Positions 36,824 to 46,133 of a stretch of DNA of 64,000 bases are shown piece by piece. The position numbers and the translations under genes are program-made. Origin of the DNA: an uncultured Acidobacteriota bacterium (lineage in GTDB: Bacteria; Acidobacteriota; Thermoanaerobaculia; Multivoradales; UBA5704); contig OY969474.1 in the NCBI GenBank assembly GCA_963700145.1, positions 4,384,001 to 4,448,000 of the forward strand. The letters run 5' to 3'. The first letter of the stretch is position 1, and each line of letters starts with the position of its first letter. Under the pieces are notes generated by a model. The model ran no database searches and was not told where the DNA came from. It worked only from the letters and a program-made list of their open reading frames with translations.

Positions 36824-38140
36824 CTACCACTCACCGCGTCTCCCACCCAGCGTCACGCCGATGCCGAGGAAGGTGACGCTGCGGTCGAGGAGCGGCAGGT
36901 TCGAGTCGAGCTCGAGGCGGCGCGCGGCGACGGTCAGCCGCGCCGAGCGGCCGAGCCCGAAGCCGAGCCCGGCGCCGTAGGCCGAGGTGTCGTCGCGGCG
37001 GTCTGGAACGCCGGGTGCGGCGGCCGTGTAGTCGTGCCGGCCGATCTCGCCGAAGACGGTGAAGTCGGTGCGCCAGCCGAGCCGCACCTGCCCCCCGATC
37101 CCCAGCCGGTCGTCAGTGAAGTACGGGTAGTCGCCGGCCAGCGAGTAGACGAGGCCGCGCCCGCCGTACACCCAGATCGGCAGGCGGCTGTCGCTGTTGA
37201 AGCCGGCCTCGATCGACGCCGTGGTCTCGTCGAAGGGGACGAAGCTCGAGCCCTGCCGCGGCTCGAGCGAGCGCTGCGCCGCCTCGAAGCGCAGGTAGTG
37301 CTCCTCGCGGTCCCACCGTACCTCCAAGACCGGTGAAGTGCCGGCGTTCGAGAGGTCCAACCCATCCTGCTCGAACTCGGCCTGCGAGCGCTCGGCACCG
37401 AGCCCGACGGACCAGCCGCGCGGCATGTGCCAGCGCAGGCCGGCGCGCAGGTAGCTGGCGTCGCGATCGAGCAGGTCGAGCGGCGCCTGGGCGGGGTCCT
37501 TCACCACGTTGCGCGTCCGCGCGACCTCGCCGGAGGCGAAGACCGAGATGCGGCCGGTCGCCTTGAGGTCCAGGGAGAGCCGCCCGCGCTCGCGCCGCAA
37601 GTGGACCTGCTCGGGCACCTCCAGCGAGGCCAGCCGCTGCTGCTGGTCGCGCTCGGCCAGCGCCTCCACGGTCAAGCGGTTGAAGAAGCCGAAGCCGAGG
37701 ACGCCATAGCGGCCGTTGACGCTGCGCCGCTCCTCGAGCTCCTGCCAGGCGACGTATTCCGGCAGCACGTGGGCCGCCCAGATGACCTTCGGTCCGGTGC
37801 GGAGGTAGGCGCGGAGGCCGGCACCGACGGTGCCGGTGAGGTCGGAGGTCTTCTCGTCCTCGCCGGGGGTGCCGAAGGCGTTGTCGACGTACTGCACGTC
37901 GTAGACGCCGATCCAGGGAGTGACGCGCACGACGCCGAGCCGCAGCGGCGCCGCGTCCATCTTGCCTTCCAGCTCCTCCTGGCGCGAGACCGGCCGCCCG
38001 GCGGGGCCGCCGGGCTCCGTATACTGATCGAATTGAGCCAGGGCGGAGCGGGCCTCGACGAGGAGGAGGGCGAGCGCCAGCAGGCGCGCCGTGCGCAAGC
38101 CGTTCGGGTGTCGCGCCAAAGCGCGCGCATGATACGTCAT
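36824..38140 (-). CDS. Outer-membrane beta-barrel protein associated with polysaccharide export
   Basis: Signal peptide ending ALA-QF; YDVQYVDNAF; alternating amphipathic strands; adjacent to wza; start codon uncertain. Confidence 0.7.
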   Translation of the reverse strand: MTYHARALARHPNGLRTARLLALALLLVEARSALAQFDQYTEPGGPAGRPVSRQEELEGKMDAAPLRLGVVRVTPWIGVYDVQYVDNAFGTPGEDEKTSDLTGTVGAGLRAYLRTGPKVIWAAHVLPEYVAWQELEERRSVNGRYGVLGFGFFNRLTVEALAERDQQQRLASLEVPEQVHLRRERGRLSLDLKATGRISVFASGEVARTRNVVKDPAQAPLDLLDRDASYLRAGLRWHMPRGWSVGLGAERSQAEFEQDGLDLSNAGTSPVLEVRWDREEHYLRFEAAQRSLEPRQGSSFVPFDETTASIEAGFNSDSRLPIWVYGGRGLVYSLAGDYPYFTDDRLGIGGQVRLGWRTDFTVFGEIGRHDYTAAAPGVPDRRDDTSAYGAGLGFGLGRSARLTVAARRLELDSNLPLLDRSVTFLGIGVTLGGRRGEW

Positions 38141-39538
38141 CGCGTCCTGGTCCCCGCGGCGGCGCTCGGCCTCCTGCTGCTCTGGGCGCCCCTTCCCTTC
38201 GGCAGCGTGACACCGGGGGCCGTCGCCGCGCTGGAGGCCGCGTGCTTCGTCGCGTTCGCGCTCGCCGCCGCCACCGCCGCGGACCTGCGGCCGCTGCGCC
38301 GCGCCTGGCCGGTCGCCGCCCCGCTGCTCGGTCTGGCGCTCTGGGGGCTGGTGCAGTCGGCGCCCTGGCCGGTCAGGGTCGTCGAGGCGGTGGCGCCGGA
38401 GCAGGCGTGGCTGGCGCGCGGCGCGACGGAGGCCCTGGCCGCGGGGGCCCACGGCGGCGAGGCGCTGGCGCTCGGCTCCGGCGCGCCGCGGCCGGCGCTC
38501 TCGCTCGCCCCGTCGGCGTCGCGCGCCGCGGCCCTCGCCTGGGCGTCGATCGCCGCGGCGCTCGGCGCGGCGGCCCTCGCCGGCGCCGAGCGGCAGGGGC
38601 GGCGCCTCCTCGCCGCGGCACTCGGCGCGGGGGCGCTCGCCCAGGTCGTGTTTGGCGCCCAGGCCTGGTTCGCGCGCTCGGAGACGATCTGGGGTGTGGA
38701 CGTGCCGGGCGCCGCCACGCGGCTGCGCGGCACCTTCGTCAACCCCGACCACGCCGCCACCTATCTCGGCATCGCCCTGCCGGCCGCCTTCGCCTGGGGG
38801 TGGTGGGCGGCGCGGCGGGCGCGCGAGGAGCCGCACCTCGAGCGCCGGGTGCTCTGGCTGGCGCCGCCGGCGCTCGTCTGGCTCACGCTCTTCGCGGGCC
38901 TCGCCTTCACCGGCTCGCGCGGCGGCCTGGTGGCGGCGGTGACCGGCGCGGCGGTGCAGGGGCTGCTTCTCGCCGTGCGCGGGCGGCTGGCCGGCCGCGG
39001 GGGCTGGCGCTTCGCACCGGTCGGCGTCGTGGCGGCGGCGGTGGGGGTGGGCGTGGTGGCCGTGATCGGCTTGCAGGAAGGGCTCGGGCGAATCCTCGCC
39101 ACCACGCAGTACGACGTCTCCTGGGGCGCGCGCCGGGCGGCCTACGGCGCCACGCTCGACCTCTGGCGCCGCTTCCCCTGGACCGGCAGCGGCCTCGGCA
39201 CCTTCCGCGAGGCCTTCCCGCTCGTCCAGCCGCCCGGGCTCGCCGGCACCTGGCGCCACGCCCACAGCGACCCCGTCGAGCTGCTCGCGACGGCGGGGGT
39301 CGTCGGGGCGCTCCTCCTCGCCGCGGCGCTCGTCCCGCTCCTGCTGCGCCTGGCGCAGGTCCTCCAGCGCGGGCACCGCTCCGAGGACCGCGCCGCCGCT
39401 CTCGCCGCGCTCGGCGCCCTCGCCGCCCTGGCCGTCCACGAGGCGGTCGACTTCGGCCTCACGATCCCCGCCAACGCGCTCACTCTCGCGGTCGTCGTCG
39501 GCGCTGCGCTCGGGGCGCGGACCGAGCACGCCCGCTGA
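38129..39538 (+). CDS. O-antigen ligase (Wzy_C/WaaL) family protein
   Basis: APLPFGSV, GTFVNPDH, FTGSRGG, PWTGSGLGTF, HAHSD, IPANA. Confidence 0.88.
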   Translation: MIRHRVLVPAAALGLLLLWAPLPFGSVTPGAVAALEAACFVAFALAAATAADLRPLRRAWPVAAPLLGLALWGLVQSAPWPVRVVEAVAPEQAWLARGATEALAAGAHGGEALALGSGAPRPALSLAPSASRAAALAWASIAAALGAAALAGAERQGRRLLAAALGAGALAQVVFGAQAWFARSETIWGVDVPGAATRLRGTFVNPDHAATYLGIALPAAFAWGWWAARRAREEPHLERRVLWLAPPALVWLTLFAGLAFTGSRGGLVAAVTGAAVQGLLLAVRGRLAGRGGWRFAPVGVVAAAVGVGVVAVIGLQEGLGRILATTQYDVSWGARRAAYGATLDLWRRFPWTGSGLGTFREAFPLVQPPGLAGTWRHAHSDPVELLATAGVVGALLLAAALVPLLLRLAQVLQRGHRSEDRAAALAALGALAALAVHEAVDFGLTIPANALTLAVVVGAALGARTEHAR

Positions 39539-39542
39539 CGGT

Positions 39543-41159
39543 TCAGCGCGGCGGCTGCAGCAGCCGGACCGTTCCCGGCAGGACCTGACCGCCGGCGACG
39601 GGGTAGAGGTCGAGGAGGTGGAGGCCGGCGGCGAGCGGCGCGCGCAGCGCGATGATCTCGCCGCGCCGCGCCGGGAAGCGGCCGGCCACGCCGCCGTCCA
39701 CGCGGAGCTCGACCCAGGCCCCCTCGGCGGGGGCTTCGTCGATCCGGATCTCGAGCCCGCGCGCCGGCTCGCCGGTCAGGAACGCGAGCCGCGCGCGGCC
39801 GCGCTCCCAGGTCCAGGCGGAGGCCGGCCAAGCACCGGCGGCGAGATGGGCGAGCGCTTCCCGCGCCGCCGCCGCGGCCGTCGGATCGCCGGCGGCGCGC
39901 GCCAGCTCGGCCCGCGCCCGCCAGGTGAAGGGGCTGCGGTCCCAGGTGATGTGGACCAGCGCCAGCGCCGTGGCCGCCTCCTCCAGCCGCCCGCGCCGCG
40001 CCAGGGCCCGCGCCTTCTCGATCAGGTAGGGCGCCCAGGCCTCGGTCCACTCCGGCGCCCGCCGCTCGATCCGCTCGGCGCGCTCGAGGTCGCCGCCGGC
40101 GAGCGTCGCGAGCGCCGCCTGCTCGAGCGGCAGGTCGCGGCAGAAGCCGGCGAGCCGCCGCACCGCGGTCGCGCTGAGCGGACAGCCGTCGAGGCGGCAG
40201 CGGTCGAGCACCCAGCCGAGCTGCTCGCGCAGCGGTCCGGCGACGGAGCCTCCGGCCGGGCCCGGCGGGCAGAGCGCGAGCACGCGCGCCAGCAGGTCGG
40301 CGCCGCGCGGACCCTGCTCCGCCCGCGCCGCGACCGTCAGGAAGAGGTTGCGCGCCCCGACCGGGTCGCCGCCGCGCAGCCGCTCCTCGGCCTCGGCCAG
40401 GTCGGCCTCGAGGCGCTCCCGCAGCGACCGCCGCCAGCGGGCGTGCGCGGCGGTCGCTCCCTCCCAGTCGCGGCGCGCGGCGAGGACCCCCTGCAGCTCG
40501 CCCCAGGCTTCCGGCCGCGGCGGCACCAGGGCGAGGGCCGCCGCGCGGCTCGGCGCCACCTCCATCCAGGGTCCGATCAGGGCGCGGAAGGTCTCCTGAT
40601 CGCGAAAGGCGCGCTGCAGGAGCCGGTGCGCGAAGGCGCGTTTCTCCGGCGCCAGGGCGGGCCAGAGCTCGAGGTAGGCGGCGGCGAGGAAGCGCCGCGG
40701 CTCGCGCTTGCCCGGCCCGCGCGCGAGCGCGGCGAGGAGCGGCTCCTCCCACGAGGAGTACGAGGTGAGGAGACGAGGATCGCGCGCCCGCGCCCAGCCC
40801 AGATAGGTCGAGGCCCCGAGCACCGTCGCGGCGTCCCAGGCCGCCGGCCGTGCCGCCAGGACGCGGGAGGCGAGCGCGCGTGCCGCCGCCAGCCGCTCGG
40901 CACCGCCCGGGCCGGCGGCGGTGCGGGGGTCGAGCTCGGCGGCGAGGAGCGCCGTGGCCGCCACCGCCTCGGCGCGGCGCGGGTCGGGCTCGCGGCGGAC
41001 GTCCGCGGCGACGCGGGCGGGCAGCTCGCCGCCCGCCGTGCGCAGGATGCCGGCCAGCTTCTCCTGGTCGGCGCGCCACGCGCTCCAGGGCAGGAGGGGA
41101 AGCGGCGCGGCGAGGAGCGCGATCGCCGCGAGCAGCGCGCGGGCCGGCAGGCGGGGCAC
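39543..41159 (-). CDS. Membrane-anchored alpha-helical (TPR-like) hypothetical protein
   Basis: N-terminal hydrophobic segment; helical repeats; C-terminal beta-rich domain; GC3-biased frame. Confidence 0.6.
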   Translation of the reverse strand: MPRLPARALLAAIALLAAPLPLLPWSAWRADQEKLAGILRTAGGELPARVAADVRREPDPRRAEAVAATALLAAELDPRTAAGPGGAERLAAARALASRVLAARPAAWDAATVLGASTYLGWARARDPRLLTSYSSWEEPLLAALARGPGKREPRRFLAAAYLELWPALAPEKRAFAHRLLQRAFRDQETFRALIGPWMEVAPSRAAALALVPPRPEAWGELQGVLAARRDWEGATAAHARWRRSLRERLEADLAEAEERLRGGDPVGARNLFLTVAARAEQGPRGADLLARVLALCPPGPAGGSVAGPLREQLGWVLDRCRLDGCPLSATAVRRLAGFCRDLPLEQAALATLAGGDLERAERIERRAPEWTEAWAPYLIEKARALARRGRLEEAATALALVHITWDRSPFTWRARAELARAAGDPTAAAAAREALAHLAAGAWPASAWTWERGRARLAFLTGEPARGLEIRIDEAPAEGAWVELRVDGGVAGRFPARRGEIIALRAPLAAGLHLLDLYPVAGGQVLPGTVRLLQPPR

Positions 41160-41188
41160 GCCGGTAGTCTAGTGTTCACCTGCGCCTC

Positions 41189-42385
41189 ATGCCCGAAGGC
41201 TTCCGCTTCCACCCGCCGCCGGTCGAGCTCACCGCCGAGCTCCGCTGGCTGCTGCTGCGCGCCTTCGGTCCCGCCGGCGCGCCGCCGCCCGGCCCCGTGG
41301 ACGGCCCGCGCTGCCACGAGCTGGCGCGCCGCTTCGAGCTGGCGGCGCGGGTGGCGCACCGCACGGGGCGCGAGGCGCTGGCGGCCGAGGTCGGCGCGGA
41401 GGCCGCCGCCCGCTTCCAGCGCGACCGCCTCGCCGCCGCCGCCAACGCCCTGAGCCTGGAGGGCGTGGCGCGCGAGCTGGCGGCGACGGCGGCGCGGCTC
41501 GGGATGCCGCTCGTGCTGCTCAAGTTCGCGGCCTTGCATCGGACCGGCGCGGCGCCGCCGGGGAGCCGCTCGGCGGTGGACCTCGACGTCCTCGCTCCCG
41601 CCGCCGGCGCCGGCGAGCTCCAGGCCGCGCTCGTCGCCGCCGGCTACCGCCAGGCGGCGCTCCCCGAGCACGAGCACCACCTCCCGGCCCTCGGCCACCC
41701 CGTGTGCGGAATGGTCGAGGTCCATCGCGCCCTGCCCGGCGTCCGCCTCGCCGCGGCGGGCCGCTCCGCCACCTTCGAAGACCTGGCGGCCCACGCGCTC
41801 CTCGTCCCTTGCCGCGACCTTCCGGGTGACTGCGCCGTGCCGCCGCCGGGGGTGCTGGCCGCTCACGCCCTGGCGCACGGCCTCGCCCAGCACGGGAGCC
41901 AGCCCGCGGCCTACCCGCTGCTCAAGATGGTGGCCGACCTGATCGACCTCGGCTGGGCCGGGCCGGAGGCCGACAGGCTGGCAGCGGCGGCGCGGCCGCT
42001 CGTGGCCGGCGACGTCGCCGGCGAGGAGGTCGCGGCGGCGCGCGGCCTCGCCGCCGCGCTCGCCGCCGGCGACCTGCCGCCCGCCGAGAGCGGCGCGGCG
42101 CTGCTCCTGGCGCACGCCCTGGCCGGCCGGCTCGACCCCGACTACGCCGCGGCGCAGCGCCTCGATCTCTTCGCGGCGCAGCCGAGCGACCGGCCGCGCG
42201 CGACGCGCTGGGCCGGCACTCTCTGGCGCACGCTCGTCCTCACGCGCGGCCAGATCGACGCGGTCTACGGACCGCCGCGCCACCCCGGCGGCTACCTGCT
42301 GCGGCGCCTGGCTCGTCCTTTCGACCTCCTCGTCCGCTTTCTGCGCTACCGCGCCAGCCGCCGCCGCCTCGCCCGCCGCGGCTGA
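41189..42385 (+). CDS. Nucleotidyltransferase family protein (NTP_transf_5-like)
   Basis: LVLLKFAAL..RSAVDLDVL..GY..HHLP..VEVH..HALAHG..DL signature. Confidence 0.8.
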   Translation: MPEGFRFHPPPVELTAELRWLLLRAFGPAGAPPPGPVDGPRCHELARRFELAARVAHRTGREALAAEVGAEAAARFQRDRLAAAANALSLEGVARELAATAARLGMPLVLLKFAALHRTGAAPPGSRSAVDLDVLAPAAGAGELQAALVAAGYRQAALPEHEHHLPALGHPVCGMVEVHRALPGVRLAAAGRSATFEDLAAHALLVPCRDLPGDCAVPPPGVLAAHALAHGLAQHGSQPAAYPLLKMVADLIDLGWAGPEADRLAAAARPLVAGDVAGEEVAAARGLAAALAAGDLPPAESGAALLLAHALAGRLDPDYAAAQRLDLFAAQPSDRPRATRWAGTLWRTLVLTRGQIDAVYGPPRHPGGYLLRRLARPFDLLVRFLRYRASRRRLARRG

Positions 42386-42412
42386 AGCCCGCGGGCGGTA
42401 CGATCTGCGCGC

Positions 42413-43750
42413 ATGCCCAAGCGCCCACCGCCGCGACCGCAACGCAAGGCCGAGCGCGCGCGGCGGCCCGCCGCACCGCCGCCGCGCCGCCGCGCGCTCC
42501 AGGCCGCCGAGGTCCTGCTCTGGCTCGTCGTGCTGCTGCCGCCCCTCGTGCTGGTGCCGAGCGCGAAGGAGGTCTTCCGCCTCCCCAAGCTGATGCTCGC
42601 GGAGTGGCTGGCTCTGGCCTCCCTCCTGCCGCTCTGCTGGGAGCTGGCGCGGCGGGCGGAGGTGGGTTGGCGGGAGCTCCTGGACCTGCCGGCGCTCCGC
42701 GCCGTCCTCCCCCTCCTGCTCGTCGCCACGCTCGGGCTCGCCTCGACCGACCATCCGCTCCAGGTCCGCCAGGCGCTGCCCGATCTCTGGATCGGCGCCG
42801 CCTGCCTGGTGGGGTGGAGTGCCGGCTTGCCGGCGCGGCGGCTGGAGCGGCCGCTCGCGGGACTCTTGGTGCCCGGGGCCGTGCTGGCCCTGCTCGGCAT
42901 CTTCCAGTTCCACGGCGTCTACCGTCCCTTCGAGCTCCTCGGTGTGGTCGGGTCCGAGCGGCTGGAGGTGACGTCGCTCGCCGGCAACCCGGGAGAGCTC
43001 GGCGCCTTCCTCGTGTTGGCTACTCTCTGCGGCGGCTGGTGGCTCTCCCGCGCCGCGCCCGGGCCGCTGCGCTGGGCCGGGGCGGCGGCCCTCGCCCTCT
43101 GTCTCTACGGCCTGGCGGTGACCCTGACGCTGGCGGCTCTGGGGGCGCTGGCCGCCGCCGGGCTGGTCTTCGCTGCGCTCGCGCTGCCACCGCGGCGCGC
43201 CGCCGTCCTGCTCGGCGGCGGGCTGGTGGCCGCGGCGCTCCTCGCCGTCGCTCTGCCGCCGTTGCGCGTCCGGCTGGCGGAGAAGTCGGCACAGGTGGTG
43301 GCCGGAGACTGGAACGAGCTGCTGACCGGACGGGTGGACGGCTGGCGCGCCGCACTCTGGATGGTCGAACGGCATCCGCTGACCGGCGTCGGCCACGGCG
43401 CGTTCGCCGCCGAGTTCGTGCCGGCGAAGGAGGCGCTGCTGGCGCGCGGGGTGGGCTTCTACGAGCGGGAGCGGCGGGTCTTCGCCAACGCCCACAGCGA
43501 GCCGCTCGAGGTGGCGGCCACGCTCGGGCTCCCCGGCGTCGCGGCGCTCCTCTGGGGGGTCTGGGTGCTGGCGGCGGCGGCGCGGCGGGTCCGCGAGCCC
43601 CGCCTCGACCGCGCCTTCGTCTGGACGGGGTTGGCGGCGCTCGCCATCCTCTCTCTCGCCCACTTCCCCTTCCGCACCGCGCTGGTGGGCTACCCCGCCA
43701 CCCTCTTCTTCGCCTGGGTGCTGCGCCGCTCCGTGGAGGCCGGCGAATGA
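42413..43750 (+). CDS. O-antigen ligase (Wzy_C/WaaL) family protein
   Basis: FRLPK, SLAGNPG, R..W..M..HPLTGVGHGAF, NAHSE. Confidence 0.85.
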   Translation: MPKRPPPRPQRKAERARRPAAPPPRRRALQAAEVLLWLVVLLPPLVLVPSAKEVFRLPKLMLAEWLALASLLPLCWELARRAEVGWRELLDLPALRAVLPLLLVATLGLASTDHPLQVRQALPDLWIGAACLVGWSAGLPARRLERPLAGLLVPGAVLALLGIFQFHGVYRPFELLGVVGSERLEVTSLAGNPGELGAFLVLATLCGGWWLSRAAPGPLRWAGAAALALCLYGLAVTLTLAALGALAAAGLVFAALALPPRRAAVLLGGGLVAAALLAVALPPLRVRLAEKSAQVVAGDWNELLTGRVDGWRAALWMVERHPLTGVGHGAFAAEFVPAKEALLARGVGFYERERRVFANAHSEPLEVAATLGLPGVAALLWGVWVLAAAARRVREPRLDRAFVWTGLAALAILSLAHFPFRTALVGYPATLFFAWVLRRSVEAGE

Positions 43751-43751
43751 A

Positions 43752-44201
43752 ATGAGAGGCCGCACTCTCGCCGCGCTCCTCGGGCTGGTCCTGCTCTTCG
43801 GCCTCGCCGCTCACACCACGCGGGCGCGCGACCGCCTCCTCGCCAATCGGATCGTGCGCCAGGTGGAGCTGGTGACGATGGCCGCCGTGCGCTCCGGCAA
43901 CCTCTCGCCGCGCCTGGTCGCGATCAACCTCGCGGCGTTGCGGCGGGCGGCGGCGCTGGATCCCGCGGAGGTGGCGATCCCGATGGCGCGCGGCGGCCAA
44001 TTCATCCTTCTCCGGCGGCCTCACGCGGCGATCGAGGCGTACGGCGAGGCGCTGGCCCTCGAGCCCCGGCCCGAGATCTACTTGAACCTCGCGCGGGCCT
44101 ACCGGGCGGCCGGCGACGCGGCACGCGCGCAGCAGGCTCTCGAGCGGATCTCTCGGCTCGATCCCTACCTCGCCGACACGCCCGACCCGTTGCGGCCCTA
44201 G
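43752..44201 (+). CDS. Membrane-anchored TPR protein
   Basis: N-terminal TM; AIEAYGEALALEPRPEIYLNLARAY; starts 1 nt after the ligase stop. Confidence 0.75.
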   Translation: MRGRTLAALLGLVLLFGLAAHTTRARDRLLANRIVRQVELVTMAAVRSGNLSPRLVAINLAALRRAAALDPAEVAIPMARGGQFILLRRPHAAIEAYGEALALEPRPEIYLNLARAYRAAGDAARAQQALERISRLDPYLADTPDPLRP

Positions 44202-44827
44202 TCCGTCAGCTTCTCTTCCACCGCGTAGCGCACCAGATCGGCGTTGGTCTTCATGTTCATCTTCTCGAGGATGCGCGCGCGGTAGGTGCTGACCGTCTTG
44301 ACCGAGAGGTGGAGCGTCTCGGCGATCTCGCCCACCGTCTGCCCTTGGCCCATGCGCCGCAGGACCTCGAACTCGCGGTTCGAGAGGGTCTCGTGCGGCG
44401 CCTGGCCGAAGCCGGCGCCGAGGCTCTCGGCGAGCCGCTCGGCGAGAGCGGGGCTGACGTACTTGCCGCCGTTGTGGACCTTGCGGATCGCCTCGACGAG
44501 CTGGCCCGGGGCGACGTCTTTGGTCAGATAGCCGTCGGCGCCCCCTTTGAGGCAGCGGACGGCGTAGTGGTCCTCGGGGTGGACGGTGAGCATGAGGACG
44601 CGCAGCCGGGGGTCGCGTGCCTTGAGCTCCTGCGCCGTCTCGAGCCCCCCCTTGCCGGGCATCGACACGTCGAGGAGGACGACCTCCGGCCTGGTCTCGC
44701 GCGCCCGCTCGAGCGCCTCGTGGCCGGTGCCGGCTTCGGCGACGACGGTCAGCCCGTGGGTCTCGACGATCTTCCGGAGGCCCTCGCGGACGATCTGGTG
44801 GTCGTCGGCGATGAGGATCTTGATCAC
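44198..44827 (-). CDS. NarL/LuxR-family response regulator (UvrY/GacA-like), orphan
   Basis: ILIADDH, LLDVSMPG, GADGYLTK, LSNREFEVL, LSVKTVSTYRARILEK. Confidence 0.92.
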   Translation of the reverse strand: MIKILIADDHQIVREGLRKIVETHGLTVVAEAGTGHEALERARETRPEVVLLDVSMPGKGGLETAQELKARDPRLRVLMLTVHPEDHYAVRCLKGGADGYLTKDVAPGQLVEAIRKVHNGGKYVSPALAERLAESLGAGFGQAPHETLSNREFEVLRRMGQGQTVGEIAETLHLSVKTVSTYRARILEKMNMKTNADLVRYAVEEKLTD

Positions 44828-44911
44828 GTGATCGAGCGTTCCATCAGCTGCGCGAAGCTTAGCCCAACCCTGGCCTGGCGCTTGGACCGGCGTGAAAAAG
44901 GCTTGCACGGG

Positions 44912-44945
44912 GTCGGGGAAAGCCGGGAAAGCCGGGAAAGCCGAC
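44912..44945. repeat. 9-bp tandem repeat (gggaaagcc x3) bracketed by GTCGG...CCGAC inverted arms
   Basis: gtcggggaaagccgggaaagccgggaaagccgac read directly. Confidence 0.8.
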
Positions 44946-44963
44946 ATGGCAGTTTTCTCGAAC

Positions 44964-45875
44964 CTACCGAGCCGCCGCGCTGGACGTGCGATAGCCGCGC
45001 GCGCCAAGCTCCTCGCGAACGATCACCGGCGCCGGCGACTCCTCGGCGAGGATGCGACGGTAGAGCTGCGTCGTCTCGGGCATCGGCGGGACGTCGAGCT
45101 CCGCCGCCAGGAGGCGCCGCAGCGACTCGTAGACCGCGACCGCTCGGCCGCGGCGTCCGGACAGCGCGTACAGGCGCATGAGCTGGCGATGAGGCTCTTC
45201 CGCCAGCGGCTCCATCGCCTGCAGCCGGCGGGCGTAATCGATCCCCGCGCCGTAGCCGCCGTGGCGCAGATGGTGCTCGACGAGGTCGGTGAGCGCCGCC
45301 ACCGCCGCCTCGCGCCAGCGCTCCTGCTCGGCCAGCAGCCACGCCTCGAAGTCGGTGCCGCCGGGGAACCAGAAACCGGCCAGGAAGTCGCCGCCGTAGA
45401 CCTCGACGGCCCGGGCCAGCGCGCCCGGGTCGATCCCGTCCCGGAGATCGCGAGCGCGGCGCAGCGCGCCGGTGAAGATCGTGAGATCGATCCAGGCGCC
45501 GGGCGGGGGAGTGAATGCCAGGCTGTCGTGGCGTGTCGTGAGCGGCGACTGGTTGCCGGCCGGCGGCGTCAGGGTCTGGCGGAGGTTGTAGAAGGCCTGG
45601 CGCAGGTTGTGCCGCGAGGTCGCGGCGTCGGCCTCCGGCCAGAGCAGGGCGCCGAGGCTTTCGCGCGGCAGCGCGCGATCCGGATGGCAGACGAGATAGG
45701 CGAGGAGCGCCCTTGTGCGCCGCGACTCGAAGCACAGCGGCGGCCGCCCGCGGTAGCCTACCTCGAAGCTGCCGAGGAGCCGGACCTCCAGCCGCGCGGC
45801 GCTCTCCCGATCCCGACGCTGGACCGCGGCGCGCCCGTTCATCGCTTTCCCCGCCGCCTTCCCTGCCGTTCCCAT
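44964..45875 (-). CDS. SARP-family (OmpR-type HTH + BTAD) transcriptional regulator
   Basis: LEVRLLGSFEV, ALLAYL, LLWPEAD, NLRQ, YGGDFLAGF, FEAWL, EPLAEEPHRQLMRLY; start may be 45843. Confidence 0.88.
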   Translation of the reverse strand: MGTAGKAAGKAMNGRAAVQRRDRESAARLEVRLLGSFEVGYRGRPPLCFESRRTRALLAYLVCHPDRALPRESLGALLWPEADAATSRHNLRQAFYNLRQTLTPPAGNQSPLTTRHDSLAFTPPPGAWIDLTIFTGALRRARDLRDGIDPGALARAVEVYGGDFLAGFWFPGGTDFEAWLLAEQERWREAAVAALTDLVEHHLRHGGYGAGIDYARRLQAMEPLAEEPHRQLMRLYALSGRRGRAVAVYESLRRLLAAELDVPPMPETTQLYRRILAEESPAPVIVREELGARGYRTSSAAAR

Positions 45876-46024
45876 GTAGGCAGACTAGACACCGCGGCGG
45901 CGGGGCTCTGCCGGCCGGACGCTTCACCTCGTGTCGGCCTCCCGCGAGGACGCGCTGTCGGCGCCCGTCCTACGGCGCGTCGGACATCTGACGGCGTCCT
46001 GACGCCGGTATGCCACGATGCGCT

Positions 46025-46066
46025 CACGAAACGGCCAGAGGTGCCCACGAAACGGCCAGAGGTGCC
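46025..46066. repeat. Perfect 21-bp tandem duplication (cacgaaacggccagaggtgcc x2) in a divergent promoter region
   Basis: Read directly from the sequence. Confidence 0.9.
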
Positions 46067-46133
46067 AATGCTCGACGCGGGATGTGAAGTGTGCGAGAAT
46101 TCACCCTCAACAGCCGGGAAGGGATGACGTGCA

